This document shows positions 41,399 through 55,403 of a DNA stretch of 64,000 bases, one piece after another. The DNA lies in the NCBI GenBank assembly GCA_964016885.1, contig OZ024741.1, positions 387,686,001 to 387,750,000 of the forward strand, written 5' to 3'. The notes beneath the pieces were generated by a model. The model saw nothing but the letters and a program-made list of their open reading frames with translations, did no database searches and was not told where the DNA came from. How positions within the stretch are numbered: the stretch's first letter is position 1; every line of letters begins with the position of its first letter. Origin of the DNA: Eledone cirrhosa (taxonomy: Eukaryota). Both the position numbers and the translations under genes were made by a program.

Positions 41399-44300
41399 GA
41401 ATATTCTTGCGTTTAGGACTATGCAAGCAGTGAACATCAAGAATTAAAAGAAAACCAAGTGTTTCTCTATCACCGACCAAGTTCCTCAGGTAGCAAAGGT
41501 GAGTACATTTGTTATTGCTACTATTGTTATTGTTGTTAAGCAAAGTTTTTTTTTTATCAAAGATGTTCCAGTTGTAACCATAGTTATTTTTGGGGGGTTT
41601 TTGTTTTGTCAGTGTCTTCAATGAAATTATCTAATGTCCCTTCATTTTTTAACATAGGTTTAAATATGATTTGGCTGCTATTACTAGTATGTCAAGTGAC
41701 CACGTAGTGTCCTCATTGCTTTGCATAGTAAGTTGTAGTTGTTATTGATCAGTCCTGCTTGAGCAGACATGTATAAAAGCTATTCCAGCTGTGACTGGAC
41801 TATTACCTTCTTAGACAATATCATCTACTTTGTAGTATTTATGTTTGCTGGAATCTTTCACAGTAGTAATTTATTTTAAAAAACAGGAAAGGAAAAGAAC
41901 TAATTGTTAGATCGAACCAAGGAAACAATGTTTCCATTGGTTTTTCCACTGCTGGTACTGATTGTTGGTCGCAACTCCTGCCAGAAAGAGAAACATGAAA
42001 TAAAGTATTTTTCTCAGGCATGTAACATGCTGCACAATCCTGGATTTAAACCCACAACCTTATGATCATTATAAGTCCAGTACCCTAACCACTGTACAAT
42101 GCACCTTCACAAGTGTTTTTTAAGTAGCTGGGACAAAACATTTTTCATTCTTTTCATTGTATTTGAGAATTTTTTTTTTTAATTTACAGTTTTTGAAAAA
42201 AAATATGTTGTCTTTTATTTGTTGAAAGTAGATTTTGTTTCTTGGATGTTACAGAGTGATTATGGGAAACTGGGGTAGGTTTTCATCTCTTTAATTATGG
42301 CAAGTCTTTTTGAGATGTTGAATTATGCATGAAGTTGATTTTTATGTCTTAAATTTATATGTTTAATTTCTCCTTTAGGAATTGCATGTATAGCAATGGC
42401 ATTTGTTGATGAACATGAACAAGAAATCAAATTTAATGGATGCCAAAAACCTCTGCCGCTTGTTTCTGATGAAATGGTTCCACCTGAAAAGTATCCTTCC
42501 CTCATAGAGACAGAACGACTTGAAAAGTTACCAGCACCAAGATCTGGTTTGTTTTTACTTATGTTTGATTCTAGTTATCAGTTACCAGGCATTGTCTTAG
42601 AAAATGATGGTTTCTGACATTGGCACTAGGCCAACAATTTTGGGGAGGGAAAAGTTGATTTAATTGACTCCAGTACCTTACTGCTACTTTATTTTATCAA
42701 CCCTGTAAGGATGAAGGGCAAAGTTAATCTCGGTGGGATTTGAACTCAGAACGTAAAGGGACATAACTCTATGCTGCAAAGCATGATGTCTGACACTCTA
42801 CCGATACTGCCAATCCACCACCCTCTAATATTATAACTTAAAATATGGTTCTTGTTATCCTGCTATCATATTGAATGATATCAATTTATATAAGAATCAT
42901 TTGAAATGGGTGGTTTTCTTTCATAGAACCAGGGCCAGTTTTGGCTGGGATGGTATCAAAAGGGTTAAGGCAGTGTTTTACAACCAGATGCCTTTCCTGA
43001 TGCCAGCCCTTATTTTGTTTTTAAAGGGTGATTACTTATTCCACTGATCTTCACCTATTGGACTGCTATGTTACAGGACATGTCACCATTTTTTTAAAGA
43101 TGTGGCAATGTGAAGAGGTGCAGAGACAAACAGACATACACATATGTGAAGATGTGCAGAGACAAACATATATATACACATATGTGAAGAGGTGCAGAGA
43201 TGAACAGACATATACATATATGAAGAGGTGCAGAGATAAACAGACATATACATATATGAAGAGGTGCAGATATAAACAGACATATACATATGTGAAGAGG
43301 TGCAGAGATAAACAGACATATACATATATGAAGAGGTGCAGAGATGAACAGACATATACATATATGAAGAGGTGCAGAGATAAACAGACATATACATATA
43401 TGAAGAGGTGCAGAGATAAACAGACATATACATATATGAAGAGGTGCAGAGATAAACAGACATATACATATGTGAAGAGGTGCAGAGATAAACAGACATA
43501 TACATATATGAAGAGGTGCAGAGATAAACAGACATATACATATATGAAGAGGTGCAGAGATAAACAGACATATACATATGTGAAGAGGTGCAGAGATAAA
43601 CAGACATATACATATATGAAGAGGTGCAGAGATAAACAGACATATACATATGTGAAGAGGTGCAGAGATAAACAGACATATACATATGTGAAGAGGTGCA
43701 GAGATAAACAGACATATACATATGTGAAGAGGTGCAGAGATAAACAGACATATACATATGTGAAAAGGTGCAGAGATGAACAGACATATACATATATGAA
43801 GAGGTGCAGAGATAAACAGACATATACATATATGAAGAGGTGCAGAGATAAACAGACATATACATATGTGAAGAGGTGCAGAGATAAACAGACATATACA
43901 TATGTGAAAAGGTGCAGAGATGAACAGGCATATACATATGTGAAAAGGTGCAGAGATGAACAGACATATACATATGTGAAGAGGTGCAGAGATAAACAGA
44001 CATATACATATGTGAAAAGGTGCAGAGATAAACAGACATATACATATGTGAAAAGGTGCAGAGATGAACAGACATATACATATGTGAAGAGGTGCAGAGA
44101 TAAACAGATATATACATATGTGAAAAGGTGCAGAGATGAACAGACATATACATATGTGAAAAGGTGCAGAGATGAACAGACATATACATATGTGAAAAGG
44201 TGCAGAGATGAACAGGCATATACACATATGCAAAACAAATGTTAACCCTAGCTATGGTAGAAGACTTATGCCTAAGAGGACACATTCTGGTTTTGAATTT

Positions 44301-47300
44301 GGAGCCAAAGTGAAATTCGTAACCATTCCACTAATCCTGCACCCATAAATGTATATCATAATCATCATCATTTAATGTCTGTTTTCTCTTATAGCAAGGG
44401 TGTCAGAGACCAAATTAGTTCTTAACTGGAGCTACTGACTCCTCAGATAAGCTTGAGGCTGCATCTTGTTTACATAGCACCAACACTAGAGAGGTTGTCA
44501 AGTTTTTGACACAACTGAAAAGTTCTCTTGACACTTTGTTTGGCAAGTTTTTTACAGCTGGATGCCCTCTCTATCATCAAACACCTTACAGAGTGTACTA
44601 GGTGCATTTTTATTGTCTCAAACACTGGAAATGTTGTTGTCCTTGACACAACTGAAGAGTCCTCTCATCCCTTTTTTTGGCATAATCTCTACACCACTTG
44701 AATGCTTTTCCTTATACCAACTACCTTTCGTGGTGTATTGTGTGCATTTTTCATGGTAGTAGCACTATAGAGGTTGCCATATCATGACTGAAGGATCCTA
44801 TTTGACATAGTTTCTATGGCTGGAAGCCCTTCCTATCACCAACCACTTTACAGAGTGTATTGAGTATATTTTTCTTTTTTGGCACTAGTACTATAGAAGT
44901 TGTCGTGTTGTGACTGAAGGCTCCTCTCAACCCCATTTTTAGCATTGTTTTTACAAAGAATTTTTAAAAAATGAAAACAAAGATCAAATTATTCTTTTCT
45001 TTAATTATTTTCTATGTTTATTTGTTCTGGACATTTCTATTCTGCAGGTTTAAATTGTTTCATTCGATTTCGAGTGTGGCAGCGTGGTAATGCTGATGTA
45101 CACAATCTACGTGATAAACTTTACGCGTCAGTACAATGTGCTTTGTGTGATGTTATATCTGAGTTCAAATTGCTGACTATTCCTATCTGCCAGGCCTCTC
45201 ATGACTTGCTGCCATCTTTCTCTGAACCTTGTTCTCCATCTGTTGTCAAAGGTATGTTACTGCTATTATTGATTATTTATTTTATTACTATTATTGTTCT
45301 GGAATGGTTTTTAAAACAATAACACATGTATGAACCTAGTTATGAAGGTGGGTTACTATTTACCAGTTTAACATCCACTTTGGTTTAAAAAAAAGGACTC
45401 AGTTTTGTTTTTGTGACTTAAGAAACCCCCTTCCTTATAGGGGGCTCCTTGTTTTCTAAGAGTCTACGAGATGATGGAATGAGGGACTCTGTCAAAAGTT
45501 TCCTTCAGGTCCACAAAAGCTCAGTTCTTAGCCCTCTCATGTTTATTATCATCCTGTAGTCTGTAATAGAGGAGTGACTGTCCATGGAAACTCCTGTGTG
45601 CAGATGGCCTAACTCTTATAGCTGAATCTATGGCAGAATTAGAAAAGAAATTTCGAACCTGGAAGCATGACCTAGAATCAAAAGGTCTTTAAGGTAACTT
45701 GTCAAAGACCAAAGTCCTAGTATGTAGAAAGTAAAACAAGGCGCAGATTCCCTCAGGGAAATGGCCTTGCTCAGTGTGCAGAAAAGGAGTTGGTAGAAAT
45801 TCCATCCTATGCCCCAAATGCAAACTATTGGTACACAAGAGATGTAGTGGTATCTCAGGCAGGCTAACAAAGAACATAGGTATTACATGTGGCCACTGCA
45901 CAGGTGCAGTAGTAGCAAGAGTTTACAGGATTCAAATTCCTTCAAATGCCCAGAAGACACTGTAGAAGTATTAGATAGTTTCTGTTAACTTGGTGACCAA
46001 ATTAAGTGGGGGAGGGTGTTCTGAAAGCACTACAGCCAGAGTGTTACTACCACTGCTAACTACAAAAGTTTTTTTCCCTCAAAATGAAGGGCAGATTGTA
46101 TGATGCATGTATACAAACAGCAATGTTGCATGGTAATGAGACCTGGGCTCTGTGTACAGAGGACCTGCAAAGATTGGAAAGAAATAAAGCTTCCATGATT
46201 CGATGGATGTAATAGTAATATAGATGAACAGCAAAGCATGAATGAACTGAGAGAGAAATTAAGCATAAGAGGGATCGGATACAGTATTTGCATTGGTATG
46301 GACATATGATGTGTATTAAGGATGACAGCTGTATAAAAAGGTGCAGAGTGCTCAAAGTTGATGGAAGCTATGGAGTAGGAAGACTTGGGATGAGGTGATA
46401 AAAGCTGACCTTGCATAATTGCATCTCCCAAAGATGATGATACAGGACCATGATCTCTGGCGCTATGCAGTAATACAGAAGCATACATCTAGTAGGCACC
46501 ACCTTCCCTTCCATCATCCCTCCCATATGCACCTCCCACATTAACACCCCCACCCCTATATCTACCCCTCCCCCATCCTTATTCACCTCTCTTACCCAAG
46601 TCCCCAATCCACACTTTAATGGAGTCGTCTTGGTGCCATGACAACGAGTGTTCAGACCATACTGTAAAGTGGTCATGTAGGTATCACAATAAAAAGCACC
46701 CATCGCACACTATAAAGTGGTCATGTAGGTGTCACGATAAAAAGCACCCAGTCCACACTGTAAATGTGGTAGTGTAGGTGTCATGATAAAAAGCACCTAA
46801 TCCACCCTGTAATGTAGTCGTATAAGTGTCACAACAAAAAGCACCCAGTACAGACTGTAAATGTGGTTGATGTTAGGAAAGGCATCCAGCCATAGAAACC
46901 TAGCCAAAATCAGTTCTGTATGAGCAAGCACGGTTATTTGACCTGGCTTGTCTCACAATGGGACACCTCATCTAACCTATGCTAGTGTGAAAAATGGACA
47001 TTAAACGATGATGAGGAATCCACAAAGATACTGAATATTACTTATTCTGTCTGTAGAAGAATGGGTTATGTACAGGTAAATAGTAATAGGGTAATTAATT
47101 GTTGTTTTAGTACTGAGTCCATTCAAGCCAACTTATGATCAACAGCTTTCCAATAGTAACCATCCATTTATTTTTCACATAGTATATCTAAGGCTAATAT
47201 GTACTTTCTTTTTCAATTTAGTAGGTTATTATTTGAGGGATATTTGGCTGCTATTTCTAATAGACCAAGTTTTTCTCTCAACTCACCTGTATATATTTTT

Positions 47301-50300
47301 GGCTAATGTATCTCAGCAAATTCTGTAAATATCAGTGAGAAAACTAAATGACTTGAAATCTTAGTTTAGAAAGAGAACAATTTATACCAACTGTGTTAGT
47401 GCTGAAAGTTTGAAATTCAAATTTTTTTTTTCAATACTAATGTATGTAATAAAGTCGTTAAATTTTCATATTAGTCAGAGAAAATGAAGAGAAATTACAA
47501 GTTGCTTCCCGAAAGTTAACTATTCAGTCCAAGACGTCTGCTAAAACCCTTTTTAAGGATAAATCTAAACCACCGATTGCAACTCCTTCCTCAAAAGAAA
47601 ATACAAAGGTAAATAATACAAATTTGTTGAGATTCTAAAAGTGAATTAAAATTCAGGGTGTTTAATAAATGACTATCATTTAAGAATTCTTTTTGTTACC
47701 AAAATATTTTTTTCTATTTTTTTTTCCACCCATGTAAAGGGGTCAGAGACTTCCTGGAATACATCAGTTAGCAGTAACGAGAGCCCAAGTTCTCAGTATA
47801 GTAGCTTTCAGCACAAGAGCAAAGATCAACCTCACATGTTCTTTCAATATGAAAGTGGCGAGAAAGGTTTTCTTCACCCAGTATTTTGGACATCTCTTCC
47901 ACACTGGTTAGATTTCTGCGTTAATTCATGTAAGTATTCTTTATTTACTCTTATTTATTCCATTTTTATATGAAATAGAATTTGAATAATGTGCATTGAC
48001 AAAGTTCTGGGAATTTAGTGACATGTTAATGAGGAGGGGAATGTCACTGAAACTGAAGGGAAAAGTAGAAGTACCATGATTTATAGGAGCAAGACATGAG
48101 TTAGACATGGGTGATGAATGTGGAGCTGCAGAGAAGGTTGGAAAGAAGGGAAGGGAAAGGTGTATGCTACATGTGTGAGAAGTACCATCAGATAATGGAA
48201 CAGAGGCCTCTGTCAAAAGCTTTCCTCTGGTCCATAAAAGCCAAGTGTAGGGGTTTACTTTAAGCTAGGTACTTCTTCAGCAGTTGCCTCACAAAGAAGA
48301 GAGCCTCTGTGGTACTTTTATCTGGCACAAACCCGAACTGCATCTCATTTAGGTTACCTCAGTCTCTGATCAGCTGTGTTATAACTCTTTCTGTGGCCAT
48401 CATGATCTGGTCAATCAACCTGATGCTTCTATAGTTTTCTCTGTGTAGGGCATCTCCTTTGCCCTTGTAGCAGTTGACGATGATGCTGCTATGCCAGTCA
48501 TTGGGTATGACACCATTAGATATATGTAGATACATATAATGGGCTTATGTAGTTTCTGTCTTCTAAATTACACTCACAAGGTGTTAGTGAACACAAGGTT
48601 ATAGTAAAAGACACATGCAGGATTGAACCCAGAATAAACTGGTTCTGAAGCGAACTCATTAACTACTCAGCCATAACTGCATTTTTTTTTATGATGTATG
48701 TAATTATAAATACTCTGTTATTGACAACAATATTCCATTGTTACTAGTCACAACCTTTTGGTTATGCCCATGCTGGAACACCACCATCAACTTAAATATA
48801 GTCTGAATCAACAAGATTCCAGACCTCATTTTCTTGTGTGGAACTCATCACATCGGACCAAGGAAATAATTGGTCTTTCCAATTGCTAATACTATCTACC
48901 AGTTGCAACTCCTGACAGAAATAGCAATGTGAAATAAAGTGTATTGATCAAGGACATAATGCATCACCCAGCCCAGGAATTGAACTCACAACCACATGAT
49001 TGTAGATCTAACACTCTAACTACTAAGCCATATGTGAAGGCACCAACTTATACACATTGTGAAAATCACTCATACATGTGACTGCAAAGCAAACACCAAA
49101 TGTTTGTTGTTACTTTGTAACTGTATATGTGTATTGCTAATCTGACATAAAAGGTTATTTGGTATTAACTATATGAATAGTTAATACCAAATACTTAAAA
49201 ATAAAAGGGCCACTGAATAATATAATAATAATGAAATTATTGTGTACAGTGCTCAGGTGCACAACAACTCGTCAAAGGTGCATGTATAGTACATAGAATA
49301 CTATACAAATGTCAGGGAAGTGAATAGTGTATGAGTCATGATATACATGTGTGCGTGTGTATGGAGGGGGAATATTAGGTGTAGTGTTGGCGAATCTCAG
49401 GAAGCATGGAGGTTTTAAAGGATGCAGTGTCTCGACAGCTAACAACTGATGCAGGTAGTTTGTTCCATGCTTCAGCAACTCTGAGCGTGAAAAAATGTTT
49501 CCAAACTCATGGGAACTGTGCTATTTTCTGACTTTGTGGGCATGCCCACATGTGTTAGACACATGGAAATCAAAAAGGTACTCAGGATTGTTGTTGGCAA
49601 GATGGTTAGTAATTTTGTGGGTGTTTACCAAGTCAGTTGCCAGACGGAGCTTCAATGTATCCATGCCCAGGGAAGCAAGGCGTTCAGAGTATGGTAGATG
49701 CCTGATGGAGGGTATTCGCTTGGTTGCACGTCTCTGAACAGTTTCCAGGCGGTCAATGTTCTGAGCAAGATAGGGGTTCCAGACCGGTGATGCAAATTCT
49801 AAGTGTGGCCGCACCATAGCTATATACAGCTTTAAATAGATAGCTGGAGAGCGACTGACAAAGGTCTTGCTGAGTGATGCTAAGACACCCTCAGCCTTCT
49901 TGACAATTTTAGAGACGTGCTTCGTCCAACACAAATCGCTGCTGACCGTAATGCCCAGGTCACATTCACAAGAAGACTTCTTGATATTAGTGTTGTGGAG
50001 GGAGTATGTGGATACTGGGTTTTTACTCCCAAAATGCATAGTGGTACACTTGTCCACAGCTAGCTTGAGTTGCCAGTCTGTGATCCATTGCTGCATTGTG
50101 TCCAGGTCAGATTGCAGGCAAGCATAGTTCAGAAATGTAATCCCTATTTATTTTACACATGAATATATGCAAACCAGACTTTATGCACTTCTAACACAAG
50201 ATTGTCATGAACACCTATATGTTTCTGTACCACAAAATAAACAAAAGCCAAGCATGTGTGTTGACATATATATGTGTGTGTATATATATATCATCATCAC

Positions 50301-53300
50301 TATTAATGTCTATTTTCCTATATAATATATATATATATATAAAAAAAGATGAAATCGAAAATGCAACTGGAGTCTTATTTTTAAAAAAATATATATATTT
50401 ATTTGGTTCCTTTACCGGTTTCGCAGTTCTTCTGCTTTTCAAAAGTAGAGTTGAGATGGAGGGTCTGTGGTTTTTCTCACATCTGGTTGGTCTCTGAATG
50501 TTACTTATTTTATATGGAAAAAGTGGCTCGAAATGCCTAATCAACATATGGACTCAAAAGCTCACAGCCCGCAAATTGGCCCTTTGGAATCTCCTAAAAA
50601 ATAATGGCAAGGCAGACATATATGAAAAGTGGCTAAACTCTACCCCAATCATCCTCCCCAAAAAACTCCAAATAAAACCCATCCCGAATGAACGAGAAAA
50701 CCAACAAAGACTTAGGGAAAAGATGGTGTTAGAAAAATTTAAAATAGAAATAGAACTGTTGCGATTAAGAGCCAACTCCAACGAAGAAAAATTCAAGTCA
50801 CTCGACCAACAGATGGACACAGAAATCTCAAAGCACTCTGAAGGCCTACTCTACGAAAAAACCTTAAAACTTTGGAAAGAAAACTGTGAGGATGAAGAAC
50901 TAACATCCCTCCAGCGATGGGAAAAAAACGCCACCTGGTTCAACAACTACGAAATGGACTTCAAAAATAAACAACATACAGGTAACCCATTTTTAAAACA
51001 AACTAAAACTCACACACTACATGCACAACAAATAACAAAAAAAGTAACAAAACGTTCAACATACCCCCAGCAAAACTATAACGATAATCCCAGAAACCAT
51101 AGACAAAACTATAACCCTACTAACAAAAACCAAAGAGCCCCGAACACAAGGCAGGACCCGATCCGCAGATCACAACCCACACAAAACCTATTCCAAAACC
51201 GTAGACCCCTGCCCACACAGAGCCTGTTCCAAAACCGTAGATCCCAACCCACACAGGAACAAAATCTACAACCCGGACTATCAACAAACTGAACCTCAAT
51301 ACGTCCGAAACTTCTATACAAGACCACACAACAACAGGGGAAATACCATTAGATATAATAATACCATTGAAAAAACATTCCAGAAAAATCATTTTTAGAC
51401 CAAGGCTACAGGACCCACGACACCCGGTGGCACAAACCGATTTTGAAAAACCGAAAATAATTAACCTTTCAAATACAAACCTCTCAGCCCAACAAGTAAA
51501 AATTCTCTCCAAGGGACTGAAATTCACACCAACACCACAATACTCTAACCCCAATGAGATAAATGACGATATCTCACACTTCTGTAGAAAATTACGTCTC
51601 ACAGAGGAATTCTTTGACAAGGAGAATAACGACGAATCAATTGTACGGAATAAAAGCAGCTACAACCCAACAAAAGGTAGAAACAGAGTTCTGGACAAAT
51701 TTTGTGACCACATAGCTACTTTCCCATACCATGAACTACCGCAACCTAAACCCAAACCCAACACGAGTCGAAGGGAATGGGAGATTATCCATGAACTAAA
51801 AAACAATACGGACATTATAGTTAAGGAAGCGGACAAGGGAAGTACTGTTGTCATTATGGAGGCTGAAAAATATAAAAATTCTATGTTCTCTCTCTTACAA
51901 AATACTAATTACTATGAAAGAGTAAAAAACTACCAGCAATCAAAAACAATGACCAGATTAAACACACTGATTTATCGATACCAGGAAGAGCTAACTAAAA
52001 AGGAACGCGATTATTTAATACATTTTGAATACAAAACCAGCAACCTTTACGGACTTCCGAAGATCCACAAGTGTAAAATAATTAACGATGCCTGTAAACA
52101 ATCCACCTCAGCCTGCGTGAACACACAATACCCCAGAGACCTTAAATTAAGACCAATTGTAGCAGGCCCACAATGTGAAACACACAGACTGAGCAACTTT
52201 ATAGACATACTACTAAAACCAATTCTCAAACACATACCAAGCCTTGTAAGAGACGATCTGGACCTCTTAAACCACCTCCCCAAACATGTCAACAACGACA
52301 CTATTATTGTGCCTTTCGATGTAGTGAATCTCTACACAACGATCCCACACCAATACGGACTAGAAGCAATAGGATTCTGGCTAAAGAAATATCCCAATGA
52401 GATACCTGGCAGAATAGAAAAAAGCTTCATCACCGAGGGATTAAAATTCATCTTACAGAACAACTTTTTTGATTTCGATGGCAGTACTTACAAGCAAATA
52501 TCGGGAAGTGCGATGGGTACAAAAGCCGCTCCAACTTATGCCAACTTAGTCATGGCATACTTAGAAGTCCAGATATATGAACAGTCCAAATCAAAATACG
52601 GATTGAACTTCCACAAATATTTATCAGAGAATTGGAAACGCTACTTGGATGATTGTCTCATTCTTTGGTCCCACACAATCGACCTACTGAAGGATTTCAA
52701 AAACTTAATAAACGGCATCAATAACCACATCCAATTCACAATGGAATACAGCCAAGATCAACTCCCATTTCTGGACATCTTAATCTTAAAAAAAGACACA
52801 AATATTGAAACTGACATACACTACAAACCAACAGATTCCAAACAATACCTGCTATTCACCTCCAACCATCCAAAGCACACGAAGACGAACATTCCTTTTA
52901 ACCTAGCAAGAAGAATTTGCACAATTGTCTCCAATTATGAAACGCGAAATAAAAGACTTCAAGAATTAAAGGAAATTCTATTCGAAAGAGAGTACCCACT
53001 ATTACTAATAAATAATGGAATAGAAAGGGCTAAAGCAATAGGCATTGATGAATTACGAAAACAGAAACAAATTCAAGGTACGTCCAATATTCTATCATAT
53101 ATCTCAACACACAACCCAAGAAATGCGGAAGCTTACAACACTATTCACAAGAACATCCCACTACTAAAACAAAACCCAAGAATGAAAAAAGCCCTTGAAA
53201 CACACAAAATAATCAAAAGCAAAAGACAACCGAAATCACTGAAAACATTACTCACCAATGCCAAATTACCTACCACAAACCCATAACCAACTGTCAAAAA

Positions 53301-54869
53301 ATGTGGTCACTCTAATTGTGGAACCTGCACTCACCTCATTGAAGGCAACACGTATACATTTAAATCAGGACAAAATTTTACTGTAAAAAATCACTTCACT
53401 TGCTCATCAAAAAATCTACTTTATGCCATTAAATGTAAAGGATGCAATGAAGATTATATAGGACAAACTAAACTCACACTCAGAAACAGAATGACAGTTC
53501 ATCGCCAACAATTATGAGATCCAACCACGAGACAGATACCACTAAGCGCAAATCTAGACATATGCGCAAGTAATAAGACACCCAAATTCCAAGTCTTCCC
53601 ATTTTACCTTTGCGCTAACAATACAACAGAACAAATACGAATAAATAAGGAAAATATGTTTATTCAAAAATATAGACCAGCATTAAATATGGTTTAATAT
53701 GTCAACACCATAACATGCTAACCATCCAAACAGACACATACACACACACACATAACACCTGCTACTTTAGAAAATAAAAACCCGAACTAAATAAACCTTA
53801 ACATACGTTTGCACTGACAATACAACAGAACAAATACGAATAAGTAAGGAAAATATGTTCATTCAAAAATATTCCTACTAAAGGAATCATTTTCCTACAC
53901 ACACACACACACAAACAATATATATATATTATCTTCATCTTAACATGTTAACCATACTCCCACACACATAACACCCATACACACACATAACAACCCCCAC
54001 CCCCACACACAACTCCCTCCCCATTTCTACTAATAGAATCACTTTCCTACACATATATACACACACAAAATATATATATTCTCTCCATCTTAACATACTC
54101 CCACACACACACACATAACATGCATATACACACACACAACTCACTCCCCCATTTCTACTAATAGAATCATCTTCCAATACACACACACACACACACACAA
54201 GCACACAAATAAACATACATATCTTTACTTTCTTTATTCAATAGAAAATTTGAATTCTGACACCCCAGCGAACTAACCATATTAACTGAACCAGAACAAT
54301 TCTCCCATCCAATTTCTCTTGACCATTATCTTTTACTTGTCATAAAATTCTCTAAAAAGGCTACAGAATAGATTTCCAAATAAGGGCGCGGAAATTTAAT
54401 GAAAACTTGTTCACGTGACAGCCATAATTTCATTTATAACCAATCAAATTACGTTTATTTAAAAAAAGCCTTCGTGAGCCCCCTTTTTTTTTAAGTAAAA
54501 AGAAATTCAAACACTCGTATATAAAAAAACAACCTGTGAACCCCCCCCTGTTTGAAGAACTTTGTAACGCGACCAACCAGATGTGAGAAAAACCAGATGT
54601 GAGAAAAACCACAGACCCATCTCAACTCTACTTTTGAAAAGCAGAAGAACTGCGAAACCGGTAAAGGAACCAAATAAATATATATGTTTTTTTTAAAATA
54701 AGACTCTAGTTGCATTTTCGATTTCATCTTTTTTTCTTTATACTTTCACTCGTGTAGGACACCTCGGTTATTTTTCATTTTGTAAAAAAAACCTCACTTT
54801 CTAATATATATATATATATATATGTTCCACCCTTGCAAGCAGGGAAAAGCGGATGAAAAATGATGATGA

Positions 54870-54908
<39 letters not shown>

Positions 54909-55363
54909 TCAGTACTATGAAGCCATACAAGGTACACACATTTCGTTGATTGTATGATGACCAACTTGTTCAACCTGTGCCAATGAAAAAGAACCCCGGT
55001 GTATGGCTTCATAGTACTGACCTAAATATTTATATTCAAAATCGCCCCACAGACTTGAGTTGCTCTATACCTTGGATTTTTTTTACTTATTTTTCTTTAT
55101 AGCTGTTCCAGCTGTCACCAAAATTGAACTGGAGCTCCAAGCTAGATTCTCAATTGAGTTCCTGTTAAGAGAACTACCAAACCAATTTGCAACAGTTGCA
55201 CGCGACATCAACATAAAAATATTTAAACTGGTGCAAGAATCCCCTCAAGACGAAATTCTGACTGGGGTTCCATATTCCATAATACGTAGTAGTGCAGTAA
55301 GTATGGTTTATTTCAACAGATAGATTGATTGAACTAGTTGATATGTATGTCTCTCTCTCTCTC

Positions 55364-55403
<40 letters not shown>

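Noticed and set aside
42917-42965. Apparent small exon after tcatag
   Set aside because: It is the reverse complement of the TTAACCCTTTTGATACC MITE end; exons 21 and 22 already join in frame.
43028-44285. Four 379-405 aa ORFs on both strands
   Set aside because: They are translations of a 36-bp minisatellite that lacks stops in several frames; no splice or protein-family support.
53512-53520. Selenocysteine TGA in the PLE (reported for some PLE clades)
   Set aside because: The TGA lies in the endonuclease (HRQQL*DP), where CGA-to-TGA decay is the simpler explanation; another stop (TAA) lies upstream and I saw no SECIS.
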